From contig JBMLRA010000296.1 in assembly GCA_049241265.1 (NCBI GenBank), positions 4,238-68,237 on the forward strand: a stretch of 64,000 bases of DNA, given 5' to 3'. Of the stretch, positions 47,811 to 58,117 are shown piece by piece (the stretch's first letter is position 1; each line of letters starts with the position of its first letter). Position numbers and translations under genes: made by a program. This DNA comes from Chitinophagaceae bacterium (lineage in GTDB: Bacteria; Bacteroidota; Bacteroidia; Chitinophagales; Chitinophagaceae). The notes below the pieces were generated by a model that was not told the DNA's origin, did not search any database, and worked only from the letters and a program-made list of their open reading frames with translations.

Positions 47811-48491
47811 TTATGCAAATATTTTTTCCTTAGCCCAAGACAATGCGATGTCTAATTGTTCGTCTTTTGTAAGCATACTATTGTCTAAAACCTTTGCATC
47901 GTCTGCTTTTCGCAATGGGCTAAACTCTCTGTTGCTGTCGATATAATCTCTCATTTCAAGATTATTTTGAACCTCCTCAATAGATGCTACAATATTTTTT
48001 TGTAACATTTCTTTAAACCTTCGTTCTACTCGAACTGCAATATCTGCAGTAACAAATATTTTTAGGGCTGCATTAGGGAAAACAGTTGTTCCAATATCTC
48101 TCCCATCCATTACAATGCCTTTCTTTTTCCCCATTTGTTGCTGTTGTGCCACTGCAAATTCTCTAACTTCTTTAATCGTAGAAACAGCACTTACATTTTC
48201 ACTAACTAGCATATCCCTAATTAAAGCATCAACATTTTCTCCATTTAAAAAAATATGGCTTTTATTGTCTTCTTCATTATGTTCAAAATCTAAATGAATT
48301 TCGGTTACTGCTTTTACAATTTCTTTATGCTTGTTCCAATCAATATGATTTCGTAAACAATATAATGTAATAGCTCTATACATTGCCCCACTATCAATAA
48401 AAATATAGTTTAGTTCTTTTGCAAGTTGATTAGCCAATGTGCTTTTTCCGCATGAAGAATAGCCATCAATTGCAATGATAATTTTTTTCAT
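47811..48491 (-). CDS. cmk: (d)CMP kinase
   Basis: P-loop IAIDGYSSCGKST, IDSGAMYRA and MDGRDIGTTVFP. Confidence 0.93.
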   Translation of the reverse strand: MKKIIIAIDGYSSCGKSTLANQLAKELNYIFIDSGAMYRAITLYCLRNHIDWNKHKEIVKAVTEIHLDFEHNEEDNKSHIFLNGENVDALIRDMLVSENVSAVSTIKEVREFAVAQQQQMGKKKGIVMDGRDIGTTVFPNAALKIFVTADIAVRVERRFKEMLQKNIVASIEEVQNNLEMRDYIDSNREFSPLRKADDAKVLDNSMLTKDEQLDIALSWAKEKIFA

Positions 48492-48523
48492 AAAATTATA
48501 TTTGTAAGCCTTAAAAGGGATTA

Positions 48524-49045
48524 CTATAAATCAAAGTCGTTATTCCAATCTTCTTTTAATTTTGATACTTTTTTTGCAACATCGGTTTCCAATTGCTTTT
48601 TATAAAGTTCTAATGAAGTAAAAATCGAATCATCGAATGTAGCAATAATTTGTGCTGCTAACAATCCTGCATTTTTTGCTCCATCTAATGCTACTGTAGC
48701 AACAGGAACACCATCTGGCATTTGCAAAATACTTAACACACTATCAATACCACTCAATGATTTTTTATTTTTAATAGGAACACCCACAACAGGAATGTTG
48801 GTTATGCTTGCAATCATACCTGGCAAATGTGCTGCACCACCAGCACCAGCAATAATTACTTTTAATCCTCTTTCTTTGGCTTTGCTTGCATATTCAACAA
48901 GTCGTAAAGGTGTACGATGTGCCGACACTATCGTCAATTCAAATGGAATATTAAATTGATTTAATATATCTGCTGCCGATTGCATAATGGGCAAATCACT
49001 ATCACTACCCATCACAATACCTACAATTGGTTGTTGTTTATTCAT
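48524..49045 (-). CDS. purE: N5-carboxyaminoimidazole ribonucleotide mutase
   Basis: IVMGSDSDLP, VSAHRTP and AGGAAHLPGM motifs. Confidence 0.94.
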   Translation of the reverse strand: MNKQQPIVGIVMGSDSDLPIMQSAADILNQFNIPFELTIVSAHRTPLRLVEYASKAKERGLKVIIAGAGGAAHLPGMIASITNIPVVGVPIKNKKSLSGIDSVLSILQMPDGVPVATVALDGAKNAGLLAAQIIATFDDSIFTSLELYKKQLETDVAKKVSKLKEDWNNDFDL

Positions 49046-49204
49046 ACTTTTTATTATTGCAAAAGCATCGCAGTTTAGTTTTACGAAACTTTTTATTTAG
49101 CCTCCCTTATTTGGAAAAGCATTTGCAAAATAAATGAGATAGTGTTAGACTTTAATAAGTTTTTGCTATTTGAATCAATTTAAATTCTAGGTACAAGATA
49201 TTAT

Positions 49205-52200
49205 TTATTCAATAATTAGTTTTTGTGTATTTTTTTGTGCGTTAGTTACAACGCTAACAAAATATATTCCTTTACTAAGCATAGTAACATCAACAATATT
49301 ATCTCCAATGCTTAATAATTGTGTTTTAACTTTCTTGCCATATAAATCAGTAACAACAATAGTTCCACTACCAATTAATTGTGATTGATAAATGGTAAAT
49401 TGTGAACGTGCAGGATTGGGATACATCACAAAATCAATATTACCAATTGCAAACTTCTCATTACTGTTTGCACTTCTTGAAGCACAAACAACTCCATTTC
49501 CTGTAATAATTCTTTTGTTTGAACAGCCTTGTACATTGGTGTATTTATAAGTAATACTACCAGCCCCTAAAGCATCAATAGTTACAACACCAGCGTTTGT
49601 AACACTTGCTGCACCAGATGCACTAAAAACACCTCCATTAGGAGAGCCAATTAAACTAAACGTTTTTCCCCTGCAAAACCCTCCAGCAGGTGCACCATAT
49701 TGTGGATTAATGGTTCCTATTGCATAAGAAACCAAAGGAACAGCAGGTATAGCATTTACAACAATATTATACATTGCAAAACTGCTGCAACCATATTGAT
49801 TTGTAGCTGTATATTTAATAACTGCAGTTCCTGCACTAGTGCCAGTAACTTGACCTGTGTTTGAAACTGTTGCTCTACCTGCAATACTTTCCCAAGCAGC
49901 AGTAGTATTAATTGGTAAAGAAGTATTGTTATTTAGCTGAGCAGATGCACCCACACAAACTTGATTTGTGCCAGTAATAGGTTGCACATTAGGTACACCG
50001 CTAACTACAAAATTGGTTGTAGCAATGCTTGAACATCCATTAGTATTATTAACTGTATAATTTACTACAGTTGATCCTAATCCTGTAACAGTAATTTTTC
50101 CTGAATTATTCATTGTTGCAACATTTACATTGCTACTTGTCCAAGTTCCTCCAGAGGTTGAATTGTATAAATATGATGTTGCGTTTATTGGTCCACAACT
50201 ATGGCTTGCACCAGTTATAGCACTAATAGCAGAGCTAGCTGAAACATTTGTTACACTTGTGTCTGACGATGCAGATAAACTTGCATCGCTGTATGCAATA
50301 ATAATGGTGCCCGATGTGCTAGGGTAATTTGTAATTACATCAAAAGCTACAATAACTAACGTAGGAAATGCAGCCAAAGCATTTGAATTGCTTGTAAATG
50401 ATGACGAACTTTCGCCAGTTAAAACACCTTTAACAGCAAACAAAATATTAAAATCTCCATTTACTTCTCTAATGTACCCATCAGCAGTAGTATCAACAAT
50501 ATAATACACTCCTCCAGCAGGGCTACCTCCACTAATCACAGAATTAGTGCAACCACGTTTATTTGTAGCAAGTGTGGTATTTGTTTTTACAGTTCCTGCA
50601 CCACGAACAGAACGAATATCAGTTTCAGTACCTGCCAATAGTTCATCATAAAATAGCACATTAATTTCAGTACCAACAGGAACACTATAGTACAATGCCT
50701 CCCCTTTTCTTGATGTGTATGTTGAATGAAACTTGATAATATCCCAATAAATTTTATTACTGTAAGAATAGAAAATAGTATCACCATTCCAAGAAACTGC
50801 ATTGTATCCTCCTACCCTGCCAGTATCCACAACACTGCTACTCCAAGTGTTTTTTATTGTTCTGCTAATGGCAAAATGAATTGGGTATTCTCTATGCAAA
50901 GTAGGGTTATAAAAAGCACCAACAGCGACAATGGTATCTTTACTAACAATATGAATATCGTTAACTGTTATAAGAGATGAACTAGCTGCATAAATTGGTT
51001 CTGAACTTACGGTCCAGATAGTTCCATTCCATTGTGCTTTATACATTCCCTTAATAATGGGCGATGTTGAATTATCATAATCTACACCAATATATGCAAC
51101 TATTTGGCCACTATCAATGGTCATTTCAATATCATTCACATTCACATCTTGCCCAATAACACTTGCATTTATTAATAATTGATTCCAACTATTTCCTTTA
51201 TCTAAAGAATAAAAAACGCCACCTCTTGCACCATTGTATAATTTATATCCTGCTAAAATAATTTCATTACTATTGCCACCCACAGCCAAAGATGTTATTC
51301 GTGGACTGTAATTGCCAAAATTGTATGGAGCATTTTCTGCTGTAAAAATTTGATTCCAATTGTTGCCTCTATTGTTTGTTTTATAGACTCTTGAATTGCC
51401 CACAAAAACAGTATCAGCATTTACCATTTCGCATGAGTAATAAGGCGAACCATCATTATTAGGAAAAATGGCATTACTCCATGACTTAGCAGCAGTGTTA
51501 TAATTTGTAACATATCTTATTCCTGTTTTACTTGCAAGCCAACCAACATTTTTTGTAGCTTCCATATCAAAATCGTTTACCTGAACTGCATTAATGCCAT
51601 TATCAACTTCAGTTATAATGGAGCCACTATTTTTACTAATGCCTAAGCCTTGATCAGTTGTTAAAAAGACAACACCACCTGTAATTGAATTTTCTCTAGC
51701 AAAGAATACAGCACCATCATTTGGATGTGTTTCGAAACTTGTGTTTCCAAAATTTAACCAGCTGCCTAATGAACCCTTATTATTGCTATATGCACTACCA
51801 AAATAAACATAATAATTACCCAATGTTGTGGGTCTAAAATCAATATTGTAACCTGCAATACCAGCAATACCTGTTAAAATTGTAGTATAAGCTGTATTGA
51901 ATGCTGTGGTTTTAGCAATCAATTTTCCAGTATTATCATTTCCACCAACAAAAACAGTTCCATCTGTATAAACATTCATTGCACCCCAAATACCTGAGGC
52001 TGGTATAGACGGCATTGGGTCAATTGTAGTTGAGGCAAGATTAATTCCAGTAGAAAAAGTGCCTCCAAATTGTATAGCCTGTGGGTCATTTCCACCAATA
52101 AAGCCATATAATTTATCGTCGTAGCCAGCTATAATTGAACTGTATGGAGTACCAGCAATAGTAGTTGTTGAAATAATAGTTACATTACCACTTGCGTCCA

Positions 52201-52681
52201 AGTTTCCAATCGAAAAAGTACTTCCACCATTGTTTGAAAGTGTAAATATTTTATCGCCTTTAACAATCAAATCTGTATAGCCACCACTTGTGGTAATGGC
52301 TGTGGCAGCAGTGGCAGTTAAACTAGATGAGTAAATATTGCCAAGCGATATAAAGAATATTTTTTGTGAAGTTTGATGATATGCAATTTTTTGAATGCCA
52401 CTTCCTAAACCTGCATTTGAACTTGCACTTGGCAACACCATAAATGAATCTAAATATACTGTACCCCCAGTTAAAGGAATAATAGCATTGGCATAAAAAA
52501 TTGAGTTAGCACTTTGGGTAGATATTACAATTCTAAATGTATCGGTACCAGAATTATTTAATGGTGCCCCCTTAATGGCATTGATAGTGCCACCAAAAAC
52601 ATTTTCAACATTAGCAACAGTTTGAGTTTTTGTTGTTACATAAACAAATAAAAGAACTATTAAGGGGATAATTTTTTTCAT
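49205..52681 (-). CDS. Large T9SS cargo protein: N-terminal beta-propeller-like region with Asp-box (BNR)-like motifs, Ig-like domains, T9SS C-terminal domain
   Basis: 1158 aa with a signal peptide. It has the Asp-box-like motifs SLDKGNSWNQ and TNNRGNNWNQ, then BIG2-like segments (SSNVNVATMNNSGKITVTGLGSTVV...). The C-terminus is DFVMYPNPARSQFTI...GIYFVSVVTN...KLIIE. Confidence 0.8.
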   Translation of the reverse strand: MKKIIPLIVLLFVYVTTKTQTVANVENVFGGTINAIKGAPLNNSGTDTFRIVISTQSANSIFYANAIIPLTGGTVYLDSFMVLPSASSNAGLGSGIQKIAYHQTSQKIFFISLGNIYSSSLTATAATAITTSGGYTDLIVKGDKIFTLSNNGGSTFSIGNLDASGNVTIISTTTIAGTPYSSIIAGYDDKLYGFIGGNDPQAIQFGGTFSTGINLASTTIDPMPSIPASGIWGAMNVYTDGTVFVGGNDNTGKLIAKTTAFNTAYTTILTGIAGIAGYNIDFRPTTLGNYYVYFGSAYSNNKGSLGSWLNFGNTSFETHPNDGAVFFARENSITGGVVFLTTDQGLGISKNSGSIITEVDNGINAVQVNDFDMEATKNVGWLASKTGIRYVTNYNTAAKSWSNAIFPNNDGSPYYSCEMVNADTVFVGNSRVYKTNNRGNNWNQIFTAENAPYNFGNYSPRITSLAVGGNSNEIILAGYKLYNGARGGVFYSLDKGNSWNQLLINASVIGQDVNVNDIEMTIDSGQIVAYIGVDYDNSTSPIIKGMYKAQWNGTIWTVSSEPIYAASSSLITVNDIHIVSKDTIVAVGAFYNPTLHREYPIHFAISRTIKNTWSSSVVDTGRVGGYNAVSWNGDTIFYSYSNKIYWDIIKFHSTYTSRKGEALYYSVPVGTEINVLFYDELLAGTETDIRSVRGAGTVKTNTTLATNKRGCTNSVISGGSPAGGVYYIVDTTADGYIREVNGDFNILFAVKGVLTGESSSSFTSNSNALAAFPTLVIVAFDVITNYPSTSGTIIIAYSDASLSASSDTSVTNVSASSAISAITGASHSCGPINATSYLYNSTSGGTWTSSNVNVATMNNSGKITVTGLGSTVVNYTVNNTNGCSSIATTNFVVSGVPNVQPITGTNQVCVGASAQLNNNTSLPINTTAAWESIAGRATVSNTGQVTGTSAGTAVIKYTATNQYGCSSFAMYNIVVNAIPAVPLVSYAIGTINPQYGAPAGGFCRGKTFSLIGSPNGGVFSASGAASVTNAGVVTIDALGAGSITYKYTNVQGCSNKRIITGNGVVCASRSANSNEKFAIGNIDFVMYPNPARSQFTIYQSQLIGSGTIVVTDLYGKKVKTQLLSIGDNIVDVTMLSKGIYFVSVVTNAQKNTQKLIIE

Positions 52682-52896
52682 ACTTTTAGTTTATGTGGTA
52701 AAAATATTTAGTTGTAATAAGTGGGTGTTCACCCAAAAGTATGAAAATTGAAGAAAAAGTGAAACTTGTGCTTCATGTGATACAGCTATATGATGTACAA
52801 TATAAACAACATTGATAATAATTTTAACTCATATTTATAATTTGCTTATGTAATATTGTAATGCAAAGCATCGTTATTTAAATAATATTATTTTTA

Positions 52897-53745
52897 ATGA
52901 CAAGTATTAATATTGATAAAAATTTTGAGAGAGAAAAAAACATTAAAGCACTAATTCTTACATTACTCATTTGTGCTATTATTTTTTTTCTTTTCTTTTT
53001 GGTGACCTGGTCTTTACCAACTATACCTCCAACATTGGTTAATGAAGGTATTGAAGTTAATTTAGGCAATAGTGAAACCGGATTAGGGAATGTTGAACCA
53101 CAAGCACCTGGCGAACCTGCACAAGAACAAAATAGTAACCCTGCTCCTGCAACACAACAAAACACAACGAATGATAATGTTGATGATAAAGGCGATGAAG
53201 TAATAAATAGCACACCCACAAAAGCGGTTGTTCCTGTTGTAAAACCAGTTGCTCCAATTATTAAAGCACCAGTAAAACCAGTAATTAATCCTACTCCTAA
53301 GCCCCCAACACCTAAAGCAGTGTTTGCTGGTGGCACAAAAAATAATTCTGGTGGTAATAATAGCGATACATATAACGGAATAAAAAATCAAGGAATCGCT
53401 GGTGGCAATGGAAATCAAGGTGTTCCTAATGGTAACCCTAACAGTAATACTTATGGACCAGGTGGAGGTAACGGTGGAATTAAAATAAAAAGCGGTTTAA
53501 CTGGAAGAAAAATTGCAGTGATGCCAAAATTCGAGGATGACTTTAATGAAAACTCAAAAGTTGCAGTTGATATTATGGTTGATGCTACTGGAAAAGTGAC
53601 TTCTGCAATTGTTAATCCAAAGGGAACTACTACAACAAATACTACTAACAGGCAAATCGCAATAAAAAAGGCTTACCAAATTAAATTTAACAGTGGTGCT
53701 GAGGAACAAAATGGAACCATTGTTTTCGATTTAAAGGTTAATTAA
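52897..53745 (+). CDS. TonB-like energy transducer
   Basis: N-terminal TM (ALILTLLICAIIFFLFFLV), a Pro/Lys-rich spacer (PVVKPVAPIIKAPVKPVINPTPKPPTPKA) and a Gly/Asn-rich tract. The C-terminal roughly 80 aa resemble TonB_C (VAVDIMVDATGKVTSAIV...GTIVFDLKV). The stop is 2 nt from the folC start. Confidence 0.6.
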   Translation: MTSINIDKNFEREKNIKALILTLLICAIIFFLFFLVTWSLPTIPPTLVNEGIEVNLGNSETGLGNVEPQAPGEPAQEQNSNPAPATQQNTTNDNVDDKGDEVINSTPTKAVVPVVKPVAPIIKAPVKPVINPTPKPPTPKAVFAGGTKNNSGGNNSDTYNGIKNQGIAGGNGNQGVPNGNPNSNTYGPGGGNGGIKIKSGLTGRKIAVMPKFEDDFNENSKVAVDIMVDATGKVTSAIVNPKGTTTTNTTNRQIAIKKAYQIKFNSGAEEQNGTIVFDLKVN

Positions 53746-53747
53746 TA

Positions 53748-55049
53748 ATGACCTACCAACAGACTATTGAATATTTATTTAGCCGTTTACCAATGTTTAG
53801 CAGAGTTGGGGCTGCTGCTTACAAAGCAGATTTAACCAATACCCTAAAGCTTTGCAATTCAATTGCCAACCCACAAAACAAGTTTAAATCTATACATATT
53901 GCTGGCACAAATGGCAAAGGAAGTACAAGCCATTTATTAGCTGCTATTATGCAAACTGCTGGTTATAAAACTGGGCTGTACACATCGCCGCACTTGAAAG
54001 ATTTTAGAGAAAGAATAAAAGTTGATGGCAAAATGTGTGATGAAAGTTTTGTAGTGAACTTTATTGAAAAAATGAAGCCTTTAATTGAAGAAATTAATCC
54101 TTCTTTTTTTGAGCTTACTGTAGCTATGGCATTTGAGTATTTTGCTTTGCAAAAGATAGATATAGCCATTATAGAAACTGGTTTAGGTGGCAGGTTAGAC
54201 AGTACAAATATTATTTCTCCTGAACTTTCTATTATTACAAATATTGGCTTAGATCATACCAATTTATTAGGTGATACCTTAGAAAAAATTGCTTACGAAA
54301 AAGCTGGTATTATTAAGCAAAATACGCCAGTTGTTATTGGTGAATATTTATCACAAACTAAAAACGTTTTTATAAATAAAGCTAATGCAGCAAAGGCTTC
54401 TATTTTCTTTTCTCAAGATAATTATTCTATCAAAAGCTATTCAAATAATATTAATAATTTAAATGTAGTTATTAGCAGAAAAGATGATGGGCATGAAGAA
54501 ATCTACAGCCTAGATTTAACTGGTTTGTATCAAACAAAAAATTTAATAACTGTTTTAGAATCTTGTCATCAACTACGAAAACTAGGTTGGAAAATTGATG
54601 ACGATAGCATCAAAAAAGCAGTATCCGAAACTAAAAAAATTACAGGTTTAATGGGGCGTTGGCAATGTGTAAATGAAAAACCTACTGTAATTTTAGATGT
54701 TGGGCATAATGTTGATGGAATTAAACAAATTGTACACCAATTACAACAAACATCATTTACCAACTTACACATTGTAATTGGTATGGTAAAAGATAAAGAT
54801 GTTGATGCAGTATTGCAGTTATTACCCAAAACTGCAACATATTATTTTACCAAAGCTCAAATAGAGCGTGCATTACAAGAAGAAGCTTTACAAGCATTAG
54901 CTAATAAATACTCTTTAAAAGGAAGTGTTTTTGTAGATGTAAATATTGCTTTACAAGATGCTAAAAACAGAGCTATTGATACAGATTTAATATTAGTTTG
55001 TGGTAGTGTATTTTTAGTTGGAGAAGTTGAGTTAGTGAATGGAAAATAG
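53748..55049 (+). CDS. folC: Bifunctional folylpolyglutamate synthase / dihydrofolate synthase
   Basis: P-loop HIAGTNGKGST, ETGLGGRLDSTN and a Mur-ligase C-terminal domain. Confidence 0.9.
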   Translation: MTYQQTIEYLFSRLPMFSRVGAAAYKADLTNTLKLCNSIANPQNKFKSIHIAGTNGKGSTSHLLAAIMQTAGYKTGLYTSPHLKDFRERIKVDGKMCDESFVVNFIEKMKPLIEEINPSFFELTVAMAFEYFALQKIDIAIIETGLGGRLDSTNIISPELSIITNIGLDHTNLLGDTLEKIAYEKAGIIKQNTPVVIGEYLSQTKNVFINKANAAKASIFFSQDNYSIKSYSNNINNLNVVISRKDDGHEEIYSLDLTGLYQTKNLITVLESCHQLRKLGWKIDDDSIKKAVSETKKITGLMGRWQCVNEKPTVILDVGHNVDGIKQIVHQLQQTSFTNLHIVIGMVKDKDVDAVLQLLPKTATYYFTKAQIERALQEEALQALANKYSLKGSVFVDVNIALQDAKNRAIDTDLILVCGSVFLVGEVELVNGK

Positions 55050-55092
55050 TGAATGGGTATTGGATATTAAGTTAACAAACCCAAAATAAATC

Positions 55093-56163
55093 TTGAAATT
55101 TTATACATTGCAAGTAGAATACATAATAGTTGGACAAGGAATATGTGGTAGTTTTTTAAGTTATTATTTAACTAAAAAAAATATTAGCCATATTGTTATT
55201 GATGAGGCAAAAGAAAATAGTGCAAGTAAAGTAGCAAGTGGCGTTATAAACCCAATTACTGGAAGACGATTTGTTAGAACTTGGATGATCGAGGAAGTAA
55301 TGCCATTTGCAGTAAATGCATATAAAAACTTTGAAAAAGAATTTCAATGTTCGCTAATTGATCAAACTAATATTATTGATTTTCATACAACACCACAAAT
55401 GAAGCTAGCTTTTGAGGAAAGATTACCGCAAGAGACTACCTATTTATCATTATTAGAAAATCAAAATCAATTTGATAATTATTTTAATAACCCATTGGGT
55501 GCAGGAGAAATACACCCCTGTTGGTTAATAGATGTGAATATTTTTTTAAATATCTATCGTGAAAAACTAATTGTCAATAAGGCTCTTATTAAAGAATGCT
55601 TTGATGCAGAGCAATTGAAACTAGAATCAGAATTTATTTTCTATAAAGATATTAAAGCTAAAAAAATTATTTTTTGTGATGGTGTAAATGGTGCAAATAG
55701 TCCTTGGTTTAAATTATTGCCTTATGCTCCAAATAAAGGTGAAGCATTAATAGTGGAAATAAATGATTTGCCCCGAAATAATATTTACAAAACAAATATG
55801 AGTTTTGTGCCTTGGCAAGATAATTCATTCTGGGTAGGCAGCAGTTACGAATGGAAATTTGAACACCCAAATCCTACAGAATTATTTAGACAAAAAACTG
55901 AAACTTGTTTAAGTCAATGGCTTAAAATTCCTTTTAAAACAATTGAGCATTTAGCAAGTGTAAGACCTGCAAACATAGAGCGTAGGCCATTCGTTGGTTT
56001 TCATCCCATACACAATCAAATTGGAATATTAAATGGAATGGGAACTAAAGGTTGTTCGCTTGCTCCATATTTTGCTAATGAATTAGTAGAACATTTAAAT
56101 GGGAATTCAACTATAAATAAGAATGTGAATATTAAACGATTTGATAAAATACTTTCAAAATAA
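55093..56163 (+). CDS. FAD-dependent oxidoreductase (DAO family)
   Basis: Dinucleotide-binding motif YIIVGQGICGSF, followed by ID-E. The TTG start is uncertain. Confidence 0.7.
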   Translation: MKFYTLQVEYIIVGQGICGSFLSYYLTKKNISHIVIDEAKENSASKVASGVINPITGRRFVRTWMIEEVMPFAVNAYKNFEKEFQCSLIDQTNIIDFHTTPQMKLAFEERLPQETTYLSLLENQNQFDNYFNNPLGAGEIHPCWLIDVNIFLNIYREKLIVNKALIKECFDAEQLKLESEFIFYKDIKAKKIIFCDGVNGANSPWFKLLPYAPNKGEALIVEINDLPRNNIYKTNMSFVPWQDNSFWVGSSYEWKFEHPNPTELFRQKTETCLSQWLKIPFKTIEHLASVRPANIERRPFVGFHPIHNQIGILNGMGTKGCSLAPYFANELVEHLNGNSTINKNVNIKRFDKILSK

Positions 56164-56201
56164 AAAGACCCCTTAGAAATGGAACTCCAAAGGGTCTTTT
56201 T
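56162..56201. terminator. Possible bidirectional terminator
   Basis: AAAAAGACCC ... GGGTCTTTTT is a 10-bp stem but with a 20-nt loop. It sits between convergent genes. Confidence 0.45.
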
Positions 56202-56223
56202 ATTTAAACACTATTTATTATAA

Positions 56224-57330
56224 CTATTTTCTGTAAGCTTTTACCATATAAACATAGCTTTCAATTTTTTTAACCTGACTAGTTCTTTCATCTCCATTAA
56301 TAGAAGTAGATGTAGATATTTTTATATTGGTAGCAGTAGAGTCAGACTTCTTAAAATCATCAACTAGCTGATAAATATTTTTGCTTTTAATAGCAAAACT
56401 TACACCATCTGCCTTTGAAAGCTTAGTACTTAAAACACCAATAACTTCACCACGTTTATTAAAAACTGGACCACCACTATTTCCATGATTTGCATTCATT
56501 TGAATTTGGCAAGAAACGGTATCCCCATTAAATCCTTTAATAGAACTTAAATAACCAACATTATAAACTACGTCTGTTCTTGGAAAATTAGGAAACCCTA
56601 TTGTAAAAATTTCATCTCCCAAATCAGCGTTTGATTTTTTAATGCCATAAGGGAGATTTTTTATGGGTTCAAACTCTTCGTCTTCAATCTTCAATATTGC
56701 TAAATCACTTTCATTGTTTTTGTAAGCAATTATTGCATTATACTCTTTTCCATCCTCACTAAATACACTTGCATAAGTAGCTCCATCTAAAACGTGGGCA
56801 TTAGTAACTAAGTATCCTTTACCATCAATTAAAAATGAAGAGCCTCCACCTTTAATTTCAGCTTTTGTAGGAATTTTACTTTTAATAATTTCACTATTTA
56901 AAACAGCAATTTGATTTTGTTGTTGCTTTAATTGTACACCAAGTTTAGTAATATCTGGAGAAATTGGATTAAAATAAGCAACAAGAGAGCTAATCATTAA
57001 AGCAATACCACCACCAACTGCTGCTGCAATAGTTGTAACTTTTTTGTATCTGTTCCAAATACTTACAACTTTTGATTTTGCAGTTTGTTCACCACCTTCG
57101 TTAATATCACCCATTGAAAGTAACTTAGTGTGTACTTCTGATAAGTTTAATTGCAGATTTTTTCTACCACTAAAATTATCCATTTGATGCAAGAACATAC
57201 TATGTTCAACCACCATTTGGTCAATCTCGTGAGTATTTTGTCTAAGTTCCTCGAAATATGCTTTTTCAGCTGGTAACATTGTACCATCCAAATAGCGTTC
57301 AATAGCTTGCTGTAAAAGAATATCCTCCAT
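56224..57330 (-). CDS. Anti-sigma-like N-terminal domain / TM helix / trypsin-fold (S1) serine protease fusion
   Basis: 368 aa with N-terminal ERYLDGTMLPAEKAYFEELRQ and one TM helix (VTTIAAAVGGGIALMISSLVAYF). The catalytic His is in VTNAHV, the Asp in DLAILKI and the Ser in GNSGGPVF. There is no PDZ domain. Confidence 0.75.
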   Translation of the reverse strand: MEDILLQQAIERYLDGTMLPAEKAYFEELRQNTHEIDQMVVEHSMFLHQMDNFSGRKNLQLNLSEVHTKLLSMGDINEGGEQTAKSKVVSIWNRYKKVTTIAAAVGGGIALMISSLVAYFNPISPDITKLGVQLKQQQNQIAVLNSEIIKSKIPTKAEIKGGGSSFLIDGKGYLVTNAHVLDGATYASVFSEDGKEYNAIIAYKNNESDLAILKIEDEEFEPIKNLPYGIKKSNADLGDEIFTIGFPNFPRTDVVYNVGYLSSIKGFNGDTVSCQIQMNANHGNSGGPVFNKRGEVIGVLSTKLSKADGVSFAIKSKNIYQLVDDFKKSDSTATNIKISTSTSINGDERTSQVKKIESYVYMVKAYRK

Positions 57331-57404
57331 TGTTAATGATATATTGAAGATGTAATATTGAATACTTTCAAAAATTAAATCTTACTTATTAAATCTTTAA
57401 TACT

Positions 57405-58013
57405 TTATTCGCCTATATTATATTGAGCAAAAAACAATTTTTTCAAACGCATTAAACATTTGTATTTCTGGTTTTTTGCATTATCAGCGTTAGTATAACC
57501 AAACTCTTTTGCTAGCGTTTGCATATCTTGCTTTTTAATATAATATCCCTCTAGAAGACTTTTACAAGGTTCGCCCATACTACCTAAGGCGTGTTCCATT
57601 ATATTGTATTCGGCGTTTCTCTTTCTATGTATTTCAAGATCTTCTTCAACCGAAATAGTCTCTTCAAGGCTTTCAACCGAGCCACTAAATTTTCCCAATT
57701 GTTGAAGGCGTTTGAGCCAAAGCCTCCTGCATACGGAATATACATATGTGTTAATTTTACAGGTTAGAACAAATGATTCGCTTTTTGTTTTTTCATACAG
57801 AGCAATCATCGCTTCCTGAAAAATATCTCGAGCTTCGTCATAAGTACCATTATTGTTAAGAATGAAAGATTGAACCATATTATAATTTTGTTTATATATG
57901 GTCTCAATGGCTTTCGAGTCGTTGTTAGCCAATCCTGACAATAATGCTTGTTCGTTTAACTCGGATTTCACTTTGCTAATGTTTATACTATAGTGGCAGT
58001 AAAAGTAACCCAA
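57405..58013 (-). CDS. ECF-type RNA polymerase sigma-70 family factor
   Basis: Region 2 (ARDIFQEAMIALYEK...YVYSVCRRLW) and region 4 HTH (MQTLAKEFGYTNADNAKNQKYKCLMRLKK). The 58013 start is TTG, and a GTG at 57971 is an alternative. Confidence 0.8.
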   Translation of the reverse strand: MGYFYCHYSINISKVKSELNEQALLSGLANNDSKAIETIYKQNYNMVQSFILNNNGTYDEARDIFQEAMIALYEKTKSESFVLTCKINTYVYSVCRRLWLKRLQQLGKFSGSVESLEETISVEEDLEIHRKRNAEYNIMEHALGSMGEPCKSLLEGYYIKKQDMQTLAKEFGYTNADNAKNQKYKCLMRLKKLFFAQYNIGE

Positions 58014-58117
58014 ACAATGTCTAAAAAAAATATTTAAAAAAAAATAAAAAAGACGGGTTACTTATTATTACTGTGTGGTATTAACTTTAAATCACTAACA
58101 AAATAAAACAACAAAAA

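Noticed and set aside
18943-49978. The two inverted C-terminal cassettes acting as recombination sites for a 29.5-kb invertible segment
   Set aside because: DNA similarity is patchy, with longest identical runs of only about 17-18 nt by eye. No recombinase gene is nearby, and the enclosed genes are core housekeeping. This looks like ancient domain sharing rather than an active switch.
52878-53418. Three antisense ORFs (152, 66 and 111 aa) opposite the TonB-like gene
   Set aside because: Their translations are low-complexity (Gly/Thr/Ala/Cys-rich or Ile/Phe/Cys-rich) mirrors of the Pro/Lys/Gly/Asn-rich sense strand. The sense ORF has a coherent TM, spacer and TonB_C architecture and is coupled to folC.
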